A stretch of 64,000 bases of DNA from an uncultured Fibrobacterota bacterium (GCA_964455935.1 CAYVZU010000004.1:3695-67694); one strand, 5' to 3'. Numbered from the stretch's first letter, positions 9,502 to 18,332 are shown. The notes: generated from the letters alone by a model not told the origin. A program made the numbers and translations.

Positions 9502-10650
9502 TCAAGGCCGTTCGTAAGAACCTCCCAACTCCGGCACGGAGCGTTTCACAAAGGAGACAAGAATAAGGCCGGCACAGCTTAGGGTGATCGCGATCCAGAC
9601 CAGAAGTTCGGCCGGATTTCGCTTGATCTGAATTCCCGAGGAATAGGCCGGCCGATAATCAACAAGAGCAACATCGAAACTCGTTCGGCTTCCATGAAAT
9701 GTCGGGTGCCGGGCAAAAACCCAACCATTGAAAACCGTATCCGCTTCTCGCACAACAACCGTTCGAAGCGCTGGGTTGCGCGACTGCTTCGATCGCGAAT
9801 AGGCCTGGCGTGTGCGGAGGTCAAAGGCAAAATCTGCGAGGAAGCGATCCAAATGAATCGAAAGGGATTCGGCTATTTGAACTGTCCGGCCATAGGGTAT
9901 GGTGCCTGTGTAGTTCAACCGGGGTCCCGTTATGTTTAGGGAGGCGCTGTCAATGCATTCCGGATCTTCCACATAGGTCATTTGGTAGAAACGGAACCCG
10001 TTAAATTTTGCCGGACGATTCACCTCGGTCGTCAGACGGGCCAGGACCTGCCCTTGGCCGGACAAAAAAGTTAGGTCCGTCTGATAATTGCGGATTGCGC
10101 CTTTCTCATCTTGATCAATACGAAAGCGGTCGGCGCGGACTTGGAAAGACAGGCCCGGGATGGGAATGGCTTCACCGGGCCGCATCTGCACCAGACGGTC
10201 GAATCCAAATCGGCTCAGATATCCGGCAATCAGAAAGAGAACCAATGAAGAATGGAATACCGCCGAACCGATTGTGCGCCAGAACACCCCGGCCTTGGGG
10301 CCGCGATCCGGTTTTGAATGACTCACCGAACCGACGGCTTGAATCGCACGGCGAATACCGCATACCGCCAGTTGAACTCCCAGGAGACCCAGGAGAAACA
10401 AAAAGAGGGGCGAGTCGAACATGCGGTCGAAGCCCGCAAATCGAACCAGCGCAGACCCCGCCCTTCCAAGAAGACGCCGGTGCTGTTCCGGCGAAAGATT
10501 CTGGGGAACAAGGATTCCAACAACCGAGAGCAGGGCGATGCCGGCCGCGACAGCCATGCCCCCCCGCATGGAAAGAAACCGGTTCACGGTCAGAACATTC
10601 CCTTGCCCATTTGCACCAGGAAATATTCCCCCGCGGCAATCATCAGCCAA
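9502..10650 (-). CDS. ccsB: Cytochrome c biogenesis protein CcsB/ResB
   Basis: A 382-aa protein with ResB-family architecture: an N-terminal TM helix ending in VPQ, a large periplasmic domain and C-terminal TMs. The start is uncertain (10650, 10569 or 10557). The longest form overlaps the ccdA 3' end. Confidence 0.7.
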   Translation of the reverse strand: MADDCRGGIFPGANGQGNVLTVNRFLSMRGGMAVAAGIALLSVVGILVPQNLSPEQHRRLLGRAGSALVRFAGFDRMFDSPLFLFLLGLLGVQLAVCGIRRAIQAVGSVSHSKPDRGPKAGVFWRTIGSAVFHSSLVLFLIAGYLSRFGFDRLVQMRPGEAIPIPGLSFQVRADRFRIDQDEKGAIRNYQTDLTFLSGQGQVLARLTTEVNRPAKFNGFRFYQMTYVEDPECIDSASLNITGPRLNYTGTIPYGRTVQIAESLSIHLDRFLADFAFDLRTRQAYSRSKQSRNPALRTVVVREADTVFNGWVFARHPTFHGSRTSFDVALVDYRPAYSSGIQIKRNPAELLVWIAITLSCAGLILVSFVKRSVPELGGSYERP

Positions 10651-11300
10651 CCCAGGGCCTTTTTAATCCGGACCATCCAGGCGCCCGAACGCGGCATATG
10701 CGCGAGCAGCCCCGCAAACGTCCCCACCAGGATCAGCAAAGCCCCGAGCCCAATCGCGTATACAAACAGAAGACTGGAACCATACACAAAGCTCCGGGTT
10801 GTGCCGGCATAGGCCAGGACCACGCCCAGCACCGGCGCGGTGCAAGGAGAGGCGACCAGTCCAAAGACAATTCCCATCAGGAGCACATTGGCGTACTTGC
10901 CGCCCTGCCGGTCGGCTTCCTGCAATTTCGAAAGAAATCCGGGCAAACGGATTTCGTACACACCCAGCATGCTGAGGCCCAGCAGGATGCAGATATTCGC
11001 AACAAGAAACGACACCCAGGGACTACTGCTGATCTGGCCAAACAGCGTACCCGTTCCAACGGCAATCAGGCCAAGAGCCGAATAGGTCAGCGCAATTCCA
11101 ACAACAAAAACCAGGGACAAAAGAAACGATTGCAGCCTTGAGGATTGTTTCTGGCCCGCAATGATGCCAACCGTGATGGGAATCATGGGATAGATACACG
11201 GTGTGAGGCTGGACAATACGCCTCCAAGCAGTACCATCAGGTAGGCCGTCATCTTGCCTTGTGCCAAATACATCTGCAGAGATTGAATGATTGCGTCCAT
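10590..11300 (-). CDS. ccdA: Cytochrome c-type biogenesis thiol-disulfide transporter CcdA (DsbD core)
   Basis: A 236-aa protein with six TMs and two conserved Cys (SLTPCIYPMIP and VASPCTAPVL). Confidence 0.8.
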   Translation of the reverse strand: MDAIIQSLQMYLAQGKMTAYLMVLLGGVLSSLTPCIYPMIPITVGIIAGQKQSSRLQSFLLSLVFVVGIALTYSALGLIAVGTGTLFGQISSSPWVSFLVANICILLGLSMLGVYEIRLPGFLSKLQEADRQGGKYANVLLMGIVFGLVASPCTAPVLGVVLAYAGTTRSFVYGSSLLFVYAIGLGALLILVGTFAGLLAHMPRSGAWMVRIKKALGWLMIAAGEYFLVQMGKGMF

Positions 11301-11309
11301 GGGAAACTC

Positions 11310-11789
11310 CTATTTGAGAAGCGCTTCAATCGCCGCCTCGATCTTCTTGCCTTCGTCGGGTGAATAGCCGCGGAATCGCTTGGCGATATTTCTATTCTCG
11401 TCAAGAATGATCAGCGAGGGGACGCCCTTTATGTCGTAAGGTTTTGTGGTTTCGCCCTTGGGATCCAGCAAAATCATATAACTGATCTGGGCCTTTTTCG
11501 CGAAGCCGGAAATCTTTGGGGACGGCTGCCGGTCCAGGTTGACGCCAACCACCTGAAGCCCTTGCGGTCCATATTTCTTCTGAAGGTCATTCAACGCCGG
11601 AAAGGCCTCTTTGCAGGTCTTGCACCACACAGCCCAAAAATCGAGAACAATGACTTTCGCTTTCAGGTCCTCCAAACGAACCTGATTTCCCTGCAGGTCG
11701 AATAGGCTGAATACAGGGGCCGGCGACGATGCGGTTGCATCGGCAAGAAGACCGGCGACGAACACCAATGTGGCCACGATCCGTTTCAT
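11310..11789 (-). CDS. resA: TlpA/ResA-like periplasmic thiol:disulfide oxidoreductase
   Basis: A 159-aa protein with a signal peptide and a thioredoxin fold carrying WCKTC (CxxC). Confidence 0.8.
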   Translation of the reverse strand: MKRIVATLVFVAGLLADATASSPAPVFSLFDLQGNQVRLEDLKAKVIVLDFWAVWCKTCKEAFPALNDLQKKYGPQGLQVVGVNLDRQPSPKISGFAKKAQISYMILLDPKGETTKPYDIKGVPSLIILDENRNIAKRFRGYSPDEGKKIEAAIEALLK

Positions 11790-11804
11790 GATTCCTCCTT
11801 ACTT

Positions 11805-13076
11805 CTAGAATGAGAACGCGACTCCGGCTTCGATCCAATAGGCTCGGAAGCCTTCGGAAATATCCCAGTAATTGTAATGCAAATCGCGTTCGACAATATC
11901 CGCCGTGCTCGAACGCAGGTAACGATCAAAACCGATATCAACGGTTGTCGGATACAGCGCCCAATAGGAGGACGCAGGCGGTTTGACGAAATCGCGCAGC
12001 TCAAAACTGACCTTGCCTCCGATGGTGTGAGCTGAAAATTCGCTGTGTTTGAAATCGGCGGTCATATAGGCCTGCGGGATCTCATAATAGGGCGCATAGA
12101 AAAACGCCTGGGTTTGCGCATAATACCGATAGTCCGGGCGAACGATGATGTTATCGAGAAATCGAAAATAGACCGCGATTCCCGCCGTGTGGCTTTTGAT
12201 ACCCCAACCATCTTCGTAGTAGCGGTAATCGGCCTGGATCGAAGAGCCATCCAGCAGAGGAACATACTGGTTCAGTTTCGCGACGACGGTCCCGCTTTTC
12301 TTGCTTTCGGGATAGTGCTCCTGATAAAATTGCATGACCCCGGCCCGTGGCCCGACCGACACAACGTAATACGGCCGGTCCAGATATCCGCTCTCGAATC
12401 CGTAGCCCAGAACGACGGATGCCACGGTGGTCAGCGTCAGCCCCTGTGTGAGACTGGCGGTGTAGGCAATGTTCTTGCGCCGGCCTTCTCCCAGGTAGTT
12501 CCAACTTGGATTCAGCGAGTCTGGCAAAAAGCGCTCGGGGGGATTGTATTGATCAAAATTCCGGTTATAGCGGAACCCAAGGGTTGTATTGCGTTCAAAA
12601 AGGTCCTGCGAGATCCCGGCCGAGATGGTGTAAGAACGATAGTCGCTTTCGCGGCTGTCCATGGCGGTTACGGAAATCACCGTGGGATTGTCGGAGTTGC
12701 CCCCGGATTTGAAAGCCTTCCAGAAATCGCGGGTATAGGAGAGAGTCGCGCTGTACTCCTTGCGCTGTTCACTTATGGGAGAGGCGGCCGTAATGGCATC
12801 CACGGGCAAAAGGGTTCCGCGATCTTCGCGCCGTGAAGCCGCGGTGATCGCATCCACCAGAAAACCCACGTTCAGGTTTGTGGATTCCGAGAGCTTTTTC
12901 GAAACATGGGCTGTGTTTGAGCGCACAATGCAGTTGTTGTTATCCTCATAGTACTGGAATTTGTAGGCCAGGCTATTTTCGGCTTCGATGATGCCGGCAA
13001 CCCCGAACAGAAGCGCAGCGGCGCAGCCAACCGTAACGAAGCTTCCGGCTCCCGCCCGCATTGTCAGCATCCGCAA
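11805..13076 (-). CDS. Putative outer-membrane beta-barrel protein, DUF3570-like
   Basis: A 423-aa protein with a signal peptide, an alternating amphipathic beta-strand pattern rich in Y/G/N/D, and a C-terminal ...AGVAFSF with terminal Phe (OMP signature). It lies immediately downstream of a DUF4266-like lipoprotein gene, the pairing reported for DUF3570. Confidence 0.5.
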   Translation of the reverse strand: MRMLTMRAGAGSFVTVGCAAALLFGVAGIIEAENSLAYKFQYYEDNNNCIVRSNTAHVSKKLSESTNLNVGFLVDAITAASRREDRGTLLPVDAITAASPISEQRKEYSATLSYTRDFWKAFKSGGNSDNPTVISVTAMDSRESDYRSYTISAGISQDLFERNTTLGFRYNRNFDQYNPPERFLPDSLNPSWNYLGEGRRKNIAYTASLTQGLTLTTVASVVLGYGFESGYLDRPYYVVSVGPRAGVMQFYQEHYPESKKSGTVVAKLNQYVPLLDGSSIQADYRYYEDGWGIKSHTAGIAVYFRFLDNIIVRPDYRYYAQTQAFFYAPYYEIPQAYMTADFKHSEFSAHTIGGKVSFELRDFVKPPASSYWALYPTTVDIGFDRYLRSSTADIVERDLHYNYWDISEGFRAYWIEAGVAFSF

Positions 13077-13291
13077 CCCCCGCCTGCGCCGCCGTAGCCG
13101 CCTGCGCTGCCTTCCCGTCGCGGGTAGATGTGATTCTTTAGCGCGGACTCCTGTTCGTCCTTATCGAAGTACATGATTGGGTCGCCCAGATACTGGCGTT
13201 GCCATTGCATGATCGTGAAACAACCGCTCAGCCCCAAAGCCAAGATGGTCAGGAAGAGAAAAAGGAGAGCGCGCAGGAATCTATTCTTCAT
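13064..13291 (-). CDS. Small lipoprotein, DUF4266-like
   Basis: A 75-aa protein with a lipobox (LGLSGC) and a Gly/Cys-rich C-terminus (GGAGGGCGC). It is the usual partner of DUF3570 genes. It overlaps the barrel gene start. Confidence 0.5.
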   Translation of the reverse strand: MKNRFLRALLFLFLTILALGLSGCFTIMQWQRQYLGDPIMYFDKDEQESALKNHIYPRREGSAGGYGGAGGGCGC

Positions 13292-14340
13292 TTCCAGTAC
13301 GTCTTTTTGTAAAGGGATGACGACGGGTCACCTCCACCGTGGCAGTCCACATTCGAGCAACTCTTTTCAGCCGCGTTCCAGGCAAACATCGTATCATGCC
13401 CGGGGGTTGCCGCGTTTATGAAACGATTATAGAAGGAAACGTCCTTGGCGCCATTCATATGATGGGCCGTGTTGACCAGCGGAAGAGTATCTCCGTCAGG
13501 TGTTAAAAACACGGTCTGGCCATACCGCACGCGCGGTCCGAACTGCGTGGAGTCAATTGCACTGTCGTAGGCTACGGTTTGGAAGTGGCACTCGATGCAC
13601 TGCCGAATATCGCCGGAGGAATTGCGGGAGACATGAAGGGAATGCAGCCCGGCCATGGGCTTGTAGTCATGGCACGAATTGCATCGACCCAACTGGACCG
13701 ACTCCATCCGGAAGTCCGCTTGGCCGTTGCGGTGCAATGAGTCGATCAGCGAAAATGTATCCGCGCCGTTGAAACTGAATTCATCATGAACGAGCCAGGC
13801 AGCCCGGCGGGTTGTCACAAGGGTGTTGCTGGGTCTCTGAATGTAGGTGGCAACCAACGCGGAGTCTTTTTGAACTGCCCCGGCATGACAAGCAAAGCAG
13901 TTGCCCGCGAAGGATTTGGACATGGGCAGCAGAGAATCCCATTGGCACTTTGGCGAGGGAACCGTATGGCACATAGCGCAGTGCATGGGGCTTGCGGCGG
14001 TATCAAGCCGATCATTCGCATGGAGCCTTCCTGTCCGGGGTTTTTCTTCGCCGTCGATTACATCCGAAGCATCGAAATAGACGAAGTGGTTCGAGGCCGG
14101 ATCCAATGCACTGTCAAGCTGGATTGCATCCCAATGGCAGGCCACGCATTGCGAGTGAGTCGCTCCTTGAACCAGGACGGCCGTGTCTTTGCATGACACG
14201 CCGGGATAATGATGGCACTGATCACAGGAAACCTGTTTTGGCAGAGAACCCGAAACAGGTTCGAACCGCTCAATACAGCCCGCGGCCAAGGCAACGGCCA
14301 CTATGGGAAGCAAAGCGGGTCTGGCGCATCGCCTTTTCAT
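13288..14340 (-). CDS. Multiheme cytochrome c lipoprotein (6 CxxCH plus one CX4CH motif)
   Basis: A 350-aa protein with a lipoprotein signal (LAAGC). Heme-binding motifs are CDQCH, CVACH, CAMCH, CFACH, CNSCH, CIECH and CSNVDCH. Its start overlaps the upstream gene's stop (ATGA). Confidence 0.8.
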   Translation of the reverse strand: MKRRCARPALLPIVAVALAAGCIERFEPVSGSLPKQVSCDQCHHYPGVSCKDTAVLVQGATHSQCVACHWDAIQLDSALDPASNHFVYFDASDVIDGEEKPRTGRLHANDRLDTAASPMHCAMCHTVPSPKCQWDSLLPMSKSFAGNCFACHAGAVQKDSALVATYIQRPSNTLVTTRRAAWLVHDEFSFNGADTFSLIDSLHRNGQADFRMESVQLGRCNSCHDYKPMAGLHSLHVSRNSSGDIRQCIECHFQTVAYDSAIDSTQFGPRVRYGQTVFLTPDGDTLPLVNTAHHMNGAKDVSFYNRFINAATPGHDTMFAWNAAEKSCSNVDCHGGGDPSSSLYKKTYWK

Positions 14341-15134
14341 CTCTTCATCACAAGAACGGGTTGGCGGACAAGCTGACCTTGGAATTCCGCTATGGCCACG
14401 TAGACGCCGTCCTTCAGGCCTTGGACGGGAACACTCTTTTCCGCGGAGGAGACTGATCTTTCCAGATATCGCCGAGCGATTTTCCCCTGAAGATCACAGA
14501 TTGTCAGAGCCAATGGCGCCCCAATTGCGCCGGCGGGAAGCGAGAGCGTTAATACGCCGGATTTTGCCGCAATGCGAGCCTTAAGGCTGGGTTTCCCGGG
14601 GATGGTGTTTATTACGGACGAAGTCGTATCTGTGACTGTTACCGAAATATTGGTAAGAAATGTGGACCCGCTGTTGGCCGAGGAGTCGTATCCGGTGCGG
14701 GAATGGGAATGGCCGTCGATCACGATATTGCCGCGAACCAAGGGGCCCGGCGGGTCGATTGAATTGGAGTGGTCCTCGGTCATTTCGATACAGTACCGGT
14801 AGGTCCCGTTTGCGACGCGCTGTCCGTTCTGGTTAGTCAAGTTCCAGGTTGCTGAGATAGTCCCATGAACATTACGGGTGGCACCTGTCAGGCCGTCTAC
14901 ATCCATGCTGCTTGCGGCTTTCCAGGAGACCAAGTCGTTCTTGCGTTCGGCTGCCCATATCCCGATCGTTTTCACAAACTGGCCAGACGCGTTCTGCATC
15001 CAGACCGCAACCAGGTTCTTTGGGGCCTCGCGGCCGTCGTAGGTTCTTGTTGTCGCGGTGACCCGCAGGCTCCCCGCCAAAGCGGTTGAACTCAACATGC
15101 AGAGCCCCACCCCAATCAGGCAAAAGACTTTCAT
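14337..15134 (-). CDS. Secreted DUF2271-domain protein with T9SS-type C-terminal sorting domain
   Basis: The start is trimmed to MKVFCLIG, which has a signal peptide and RBS GGGGAGGG. The DUF2271 region reads VAVWMQNASGQFVKTIGIW...VDGLTGATR. The C-terminal approximately 70 aa (ICDLQGKIARRY...GLKDGVYVAIAEF) resemble Por/T9SS sorting domains. Confidence 0.55.
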   Translation of the reverse strand: MKVFCLIGVGLCMLSSTALAGSLRVTATTRTYDGREAPKNLVAVWMQNASGQFVKTIGIWAAERKNDLVSWKAASSMDVDGLTGATRNVHGTISATWNLTNQNGQRVANGTYRYCIEMTEDHSNSIDPPGPLVRGNIVIDGHSHSRTGYDSSANSGSTFLTNISVTVTDTTSSVINTIPGKPSLKARIAAKSGVLTLSLPAGAIGAPLALTICDLQGKIARRYLERSVSSAEKSVPVQGLKDGVYVAIAEFQGQLVRQPVLVMKR

Positions 15135-15156
15135 TTTCCCTCCCCGAAATTCCGGG

Positions 15157-15546
15157 TTATACAGAGACCCGTGATAGCCGGTATTGACAATCGCCGCAAT
15201 TTTTTGAACAAAAAGGGCAGCTAATGCCGGCATCGCGCAGGAAGGCCGCCAGTTCATGGCATTTGTCGGCGCGCGCTTTGCGGACAATGCACTTGGTGCA
15301 CCCTCGGCCTTTGCCCTTCATGGCTGCAAATTCCCAGCAGGACATCTGCTGGGGCTTTTTGGAAAAGAACGGTTCGAGACTGGCCCATAGTATTCGAAAG
15401 TGCCCGCCCGCGGTTCTTTTTGCCCTTACTTTTCCGCTTCGGATCCATTTCAAAACCGTATCCGGAGTCACCGAACAACAACGGGCTGCTTGACCTGTAG
15501 TAAGCGTCCCTTTGGCCATAATGGGTTTTATGGGTTTTCCTTCCAT
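15157..15546 (-). CDS. Small excisionase/MerR-type HTH DNA-binding protein with Cys-rich C-terminal domain (putative metal/redox-sensing regulator)
   Basis: This gene is hidden in the C-terminal third of a 320-aa track ORF. The HTH_17-like segment is LTTGQAARCCSVTPDTVLKWIRSGKVRAKRTAGGHFRI. Nine or more Cys follow, including CxxC and CPFCSKNCGDC. The start is ATG 15546 (possibly leaderless, with TATAAT 8 nt upstream) or ATG 15519. It is the first gene of the cytochrome/ccs operon. Confidence 0.5.
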   Translation of the reverse strand: MEGKPIKPIMAKGTLTTGQAARCCSVTPDTVLKWIRSGKVRAKRTAGGHFRILWASLEPFFSKKPQQMSCWEFAAMKGKGRGCTKCIVRKARADKCHELAAFLRDAGISCPFCSKNCGDCQYRLSRVSV

Positions 15547-15757
15547 TTTTAAATTATATGAAAAAGATTCGCTCGCGCAATACTCAGGCACAAGATCTTG
15601 CGCCGGCAAAACCCTTCGTTGTGTTTTCTCCCGTTTTCCCTCTGCGAGCTCGGTGGTTTCAAAGTCCTTCCGACAGATGCGGGCAGGCACAAGCCCGAAA
15701 TATATTTTCCTGTTGGCCGGGATCGGGATTTCACCGTGTCCATCAAAGGAGCGGACT

Positions 15758-16771
15758 GTGCACATGTCCGATGCACTTATTTCGCCGCAGGTCGGCGGCG
15801 CCCTGTGGGCGATTTCGGCCGGACTGCTTGCGGTCTCCGCCCGCAAATTGCGCAAAGAAGCCGACGACAGCAAGACGCCCCTGATGGCCGTGGCCGGGGC
15901 ATTCGTCTTTGCCGCGCAGATGATCAACTTCGCCATTCCCGGGACCGGATCAAGCGGCCACTTGGGAGGGGGCCTGCTTCTGGCAGTCCTGCTGGGTCCC
16001 TCCGCCGCGTTTTTGACCATCGCCTGTGTGCTCATGATCCAGGCGCTGCTCTTTGCCGACGGCGGCCTGCTTGCCCTTGGCTGCAATATCTTTAACATGG
16101 GATTTTTTCCGGCCTTCATCGCTTACCCGTTTATCTATCGCGGCCTCACCGCATCCAGCCTGTCGCAACAGCGAATTTTCTGGGGCTCGCTGGCCGCGGC
16201 CGTGACCGGCCTTCAATTGGGTGCTGTCGGTGTCGTTCTGCAAACCGTGGCTTCCGGAATTTCCGCGATTGACACGGGCCGGTTTCTTCTCTTTATGCAG
16301 CCTATTCATCTGGCCATTGGAATCGTTGAGGGTCTGGCAACGGCCGGCCTGCTGGTTATGCTGCAGAGAAACAGGCCGGGGCTTCTTGCGGCCAATGCCC
16401 GACCAGCCCGGAGCCGAAAAGCGGTGTTGACTCTTGCCGCGCTCACGCTGGCCGTTGCCGGGGTGGTGAGCTGGTTTGCCTCGGAAAACCCGGACGGCCT
16501 GGAATGGGCGCTGGAGAAAACAGAAACTGCGGGAACGATGACCGCATCCGGAATCCACGGCCTTCTGGGCCGTGTCCGGACCGGCACGGCTCGCCTGCCG
16601 GACTATTCGTTCAAGTCCGACAATCATGGAAATGGCGATGCCGTTTCCTCCGCATCCACCTCCACCGCTGGTCTCATAGGCAGTGCCGTGACACTGCTTG
16701 CGGCAGGCCTTATCGGGTACGGCCTGCGCCGGTTCGGCAGAAATTCGCGAACGCCGGGGCCAGGTCAATGA
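15758..16771 (+). CDS. cbiM: ECF transporter substrate-capture component CbiM/NikM fused to a C-terminal PDGLE domain
   Basis: The region MHMSDALISPQVGG...GSSGHLGGG is a CbiM/NikM core. PDGLEWALEKT and a final TM helix at the C-terminus form the PDGLE domain. The start is called at GTG 15758, with AGGAG 7 nt upstream, which yields the Met-His N-terminus that CbiM/NikM need for metal binding. The ATG at 15764 would lack His2. Confidence 0.7.
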   Translation: MHMSDALISPQVGGALWAISAGLLAVSARKLRKEADDSKTPLMAVAGAFVFAAQMINFAIPGTGSSGHLGGGLLLAVLLGPSAAFLTIACVLMIQALLFADGGLLALGCNIFNMGFFPAFIAYPFIYRGLTASSLSQQRIFWGSLAAAVTGLQLGAVGVVLQTVASGISAIDTGRFLLFMQPIHLAIGIVEGLATAGLLVMLQRNRPGLLAANARPARSRKAVLTLAALTLAVAGVVSWFASENPDGLEWALEKTETAGTMTASGIHGLLGRVRTGTARLPDYSFKSDNHGNGDAVSSASTSTAGLIGSAVTLLAAGLIGYGLRRFGRNSRTPGPGQ

Positions 16772-17577
16772 GCGCCATTGCAGCGGGAATTCTCGATGTG
16801 CGAAGGCTGGACGAACTCGCGCGCGCATCAAGCTTCGCGCACGATCTCGATTCGCGCGTGAAGCTGATTGTGACACTCCTATTCCTGGCAGCGATTGCAT
16901 CCTTTCGCGCGTACGAAACTTCGGCTTTGATCCCGTTCTTCCTTTTTCCTTTTGTCATGCTCTCCTTAGGAAACGTGCCGGCCCGACCCATTCTAAAGCG
17001 GCTTGCTTTTGCCGCGCCATTTGCGGTCTGTATGGGCGCCTTCAACCCTTTGTTGGACCGCGCGCCGTTGCTTTCGATTGGCGGCTTTTCCGTAAGCGCC
17101 GGCTGGGTTTCCTACCTTTCCATTCTCTTACGTTTCATACTGGCCGTCAGCTCCGTGCTGCTGCTGATTGCCGTTACCGGAATGGACCATGTCGCGGCGG
17201 CCCTGCGCAAACTTGGATTTCCAAGGCCCCTTGTCAACCAACTGTTGTTGATGTATCGGTATCTATTCCTTCTTTCCGACGAGGCGGAACGGATGATTCG
17301 CTCCCGAGCGCTCCGCGCTTTTGGCCGGCCGCTTGGGCTTGGGCAGTTCGGCTATCTGACCGGTACGTTGCTTTTGCGCACGCTCGACCGCGGCCGGCGA
17401 ATTCATGCCGCCATGGCGTCGCGCGGGTTCCACGGTGAGATCAGGATGTTTTCCGGATCGCGGCTGCGCGCCGCCGATTTTGTTTTCGCGGGCGGCTGGA
17501 TCGGTTACTTCGCCCTCTGTCGGGCCACGAATGTTGCGCACTGGATCGGCGCTCTGGCCTTTGGAGCGATGCAATGA
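16768..17577 (+). CDS. cbiQ: ECF transporter transmembrane (T) component CbiQ
   Basis: A 269-aa polytopic protein of the CbiQ family. It has ATGA overlap with cbiM upstream and with cbiO downstream. Confidence 0.75.
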   Translation: MSAIAAGILDVRRLDELARASSFAHDLDSRVKLIVTLLFLAAIASFRAYETSALIPFFLFPFVMLSLGNVPARPILKRLAFAAPFAVCMGAFNPLLDRAPLLSIGGFSVSAGWVSYLSILLRFILAVSSVLLLIAVTGMDHVAAALRKLGFPRPLVNQLLLMYRYLFLLSDEAERMIRSRALRAFGRPLGLGQFGYLTGTLLLRTLDRGRRIHAAMASRGFHGEIRMFSGSRLRAADFVFAGGWIGYFALCRATNVAHWIGALAFGAMQ

Positions 17578-18332
17578 GCCATCATCTGGTCGAGGCCGTC
17601 AATCTCGGCTATTTATACCCGGACGGAACCGAAGCCCTGAAACGTGTTTCATTTCGCATTGTCCACGGCGAGTCCGTTGCCATTGTCGGCCCCAACGGCG
17701 CGGGAAAATCGACCCTGCTCAATCATCTCAACGGAAGCCTGCTGGCGAGCTCCGGCGAAGCCCGCGTGGGCGGCATTCCCGTGCGCAAAGAAACGCTCTC
17801 TTCGGTTCGCAAAGCCGTTGGAATGGTTTTCCAAGACCCCGACGACCAACTCTTCATGCCTACGGTTATTGAAGACGTAACGTTTGGCCCGCTCAACCTT
17901 GGCCTGTCGCCCGAAGAAGCCCGGCTGCGCGCCCTGGAGGCCCTGCGCCAGGTCGGATGCGAGCACCTGAAAGACCGGCCGCCCTATCATCTTTCGAGTG
18001 GAGAGAAGAAAGCCGTCGCCATTGCCACGGTGCTTTCGACGCTGCCCGATGTTCTGGTGCTCGACGAACCCACAGCAAACCTCGACGCACGCCATCGGCG
18101 GCGCATCATCGATCTGATCCGCGGATTCCATCACACCCGCATCATTGCGACGCACGATCTCGATCTCGTGCTCGATGTCTGCGACCGCGCCATTCTTCTG
18201 AACAACGGCATCCTGGTGGCCGACGCCGCCACAGCCGAACTCATGCGCGACAAAATCCTGCTGGAGCAGCACGGGCTCGAACAACCGCTCCGGATGCAGG
18301 AATGTCCGCTGTGTGGAAAGCATTTGACGTGA
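17574..18332 (+). CDS. cbiO: ECF transporter ATP-binding protein CbiO
   Basis: The protein has Walker A (GPNGAGKST), an ABC signature ([12 protein letters not shown]), Walker B (VLVLDEP) and an H-loop. Confidence 0.85.
   Translation: MSHHLVEAVNLGYLYPDGTEALKRVSFRIVHGESVAIVGPNGAGKSTLLNHLNGSLLASSGEARVGGIPVRKETLSSVRKAVGMVFQDPDDQLFMPTVIEDVTFGPLNLGLSPEEARLRALEALRQVGCEHLKDRPPYHLSSGEKKAVAIATVLSTLPDVLVLDEPTANLDARHRRRIIDLIRGFHHTRIIATHDLDLVLDVCDRAILLNNGILVADAATAELMRDKILLEQHGLEQPLRMQECPLCGKHLT

Noticed and set aside
15547-15757. Cobalamin riboswitch upstream of cbiM
   Set aside because: I looked for the B12 box (GCCACTG) and the GGGAA/GGTG-AA-TCC core. Only loose partial matches were found, with no B12 box.
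15547-16119. N-terminal two-thirds of the 320-aa minus-strand track ORF 15157..16119
   Set aside because: It is antisense to cbiM and to the cbiM leader, with low-complexity Ala/Pro/Arg content. Only the C-terminal approximately 125 residues (15157-15546) carry a recognisable HTH and Cys-rich domain.
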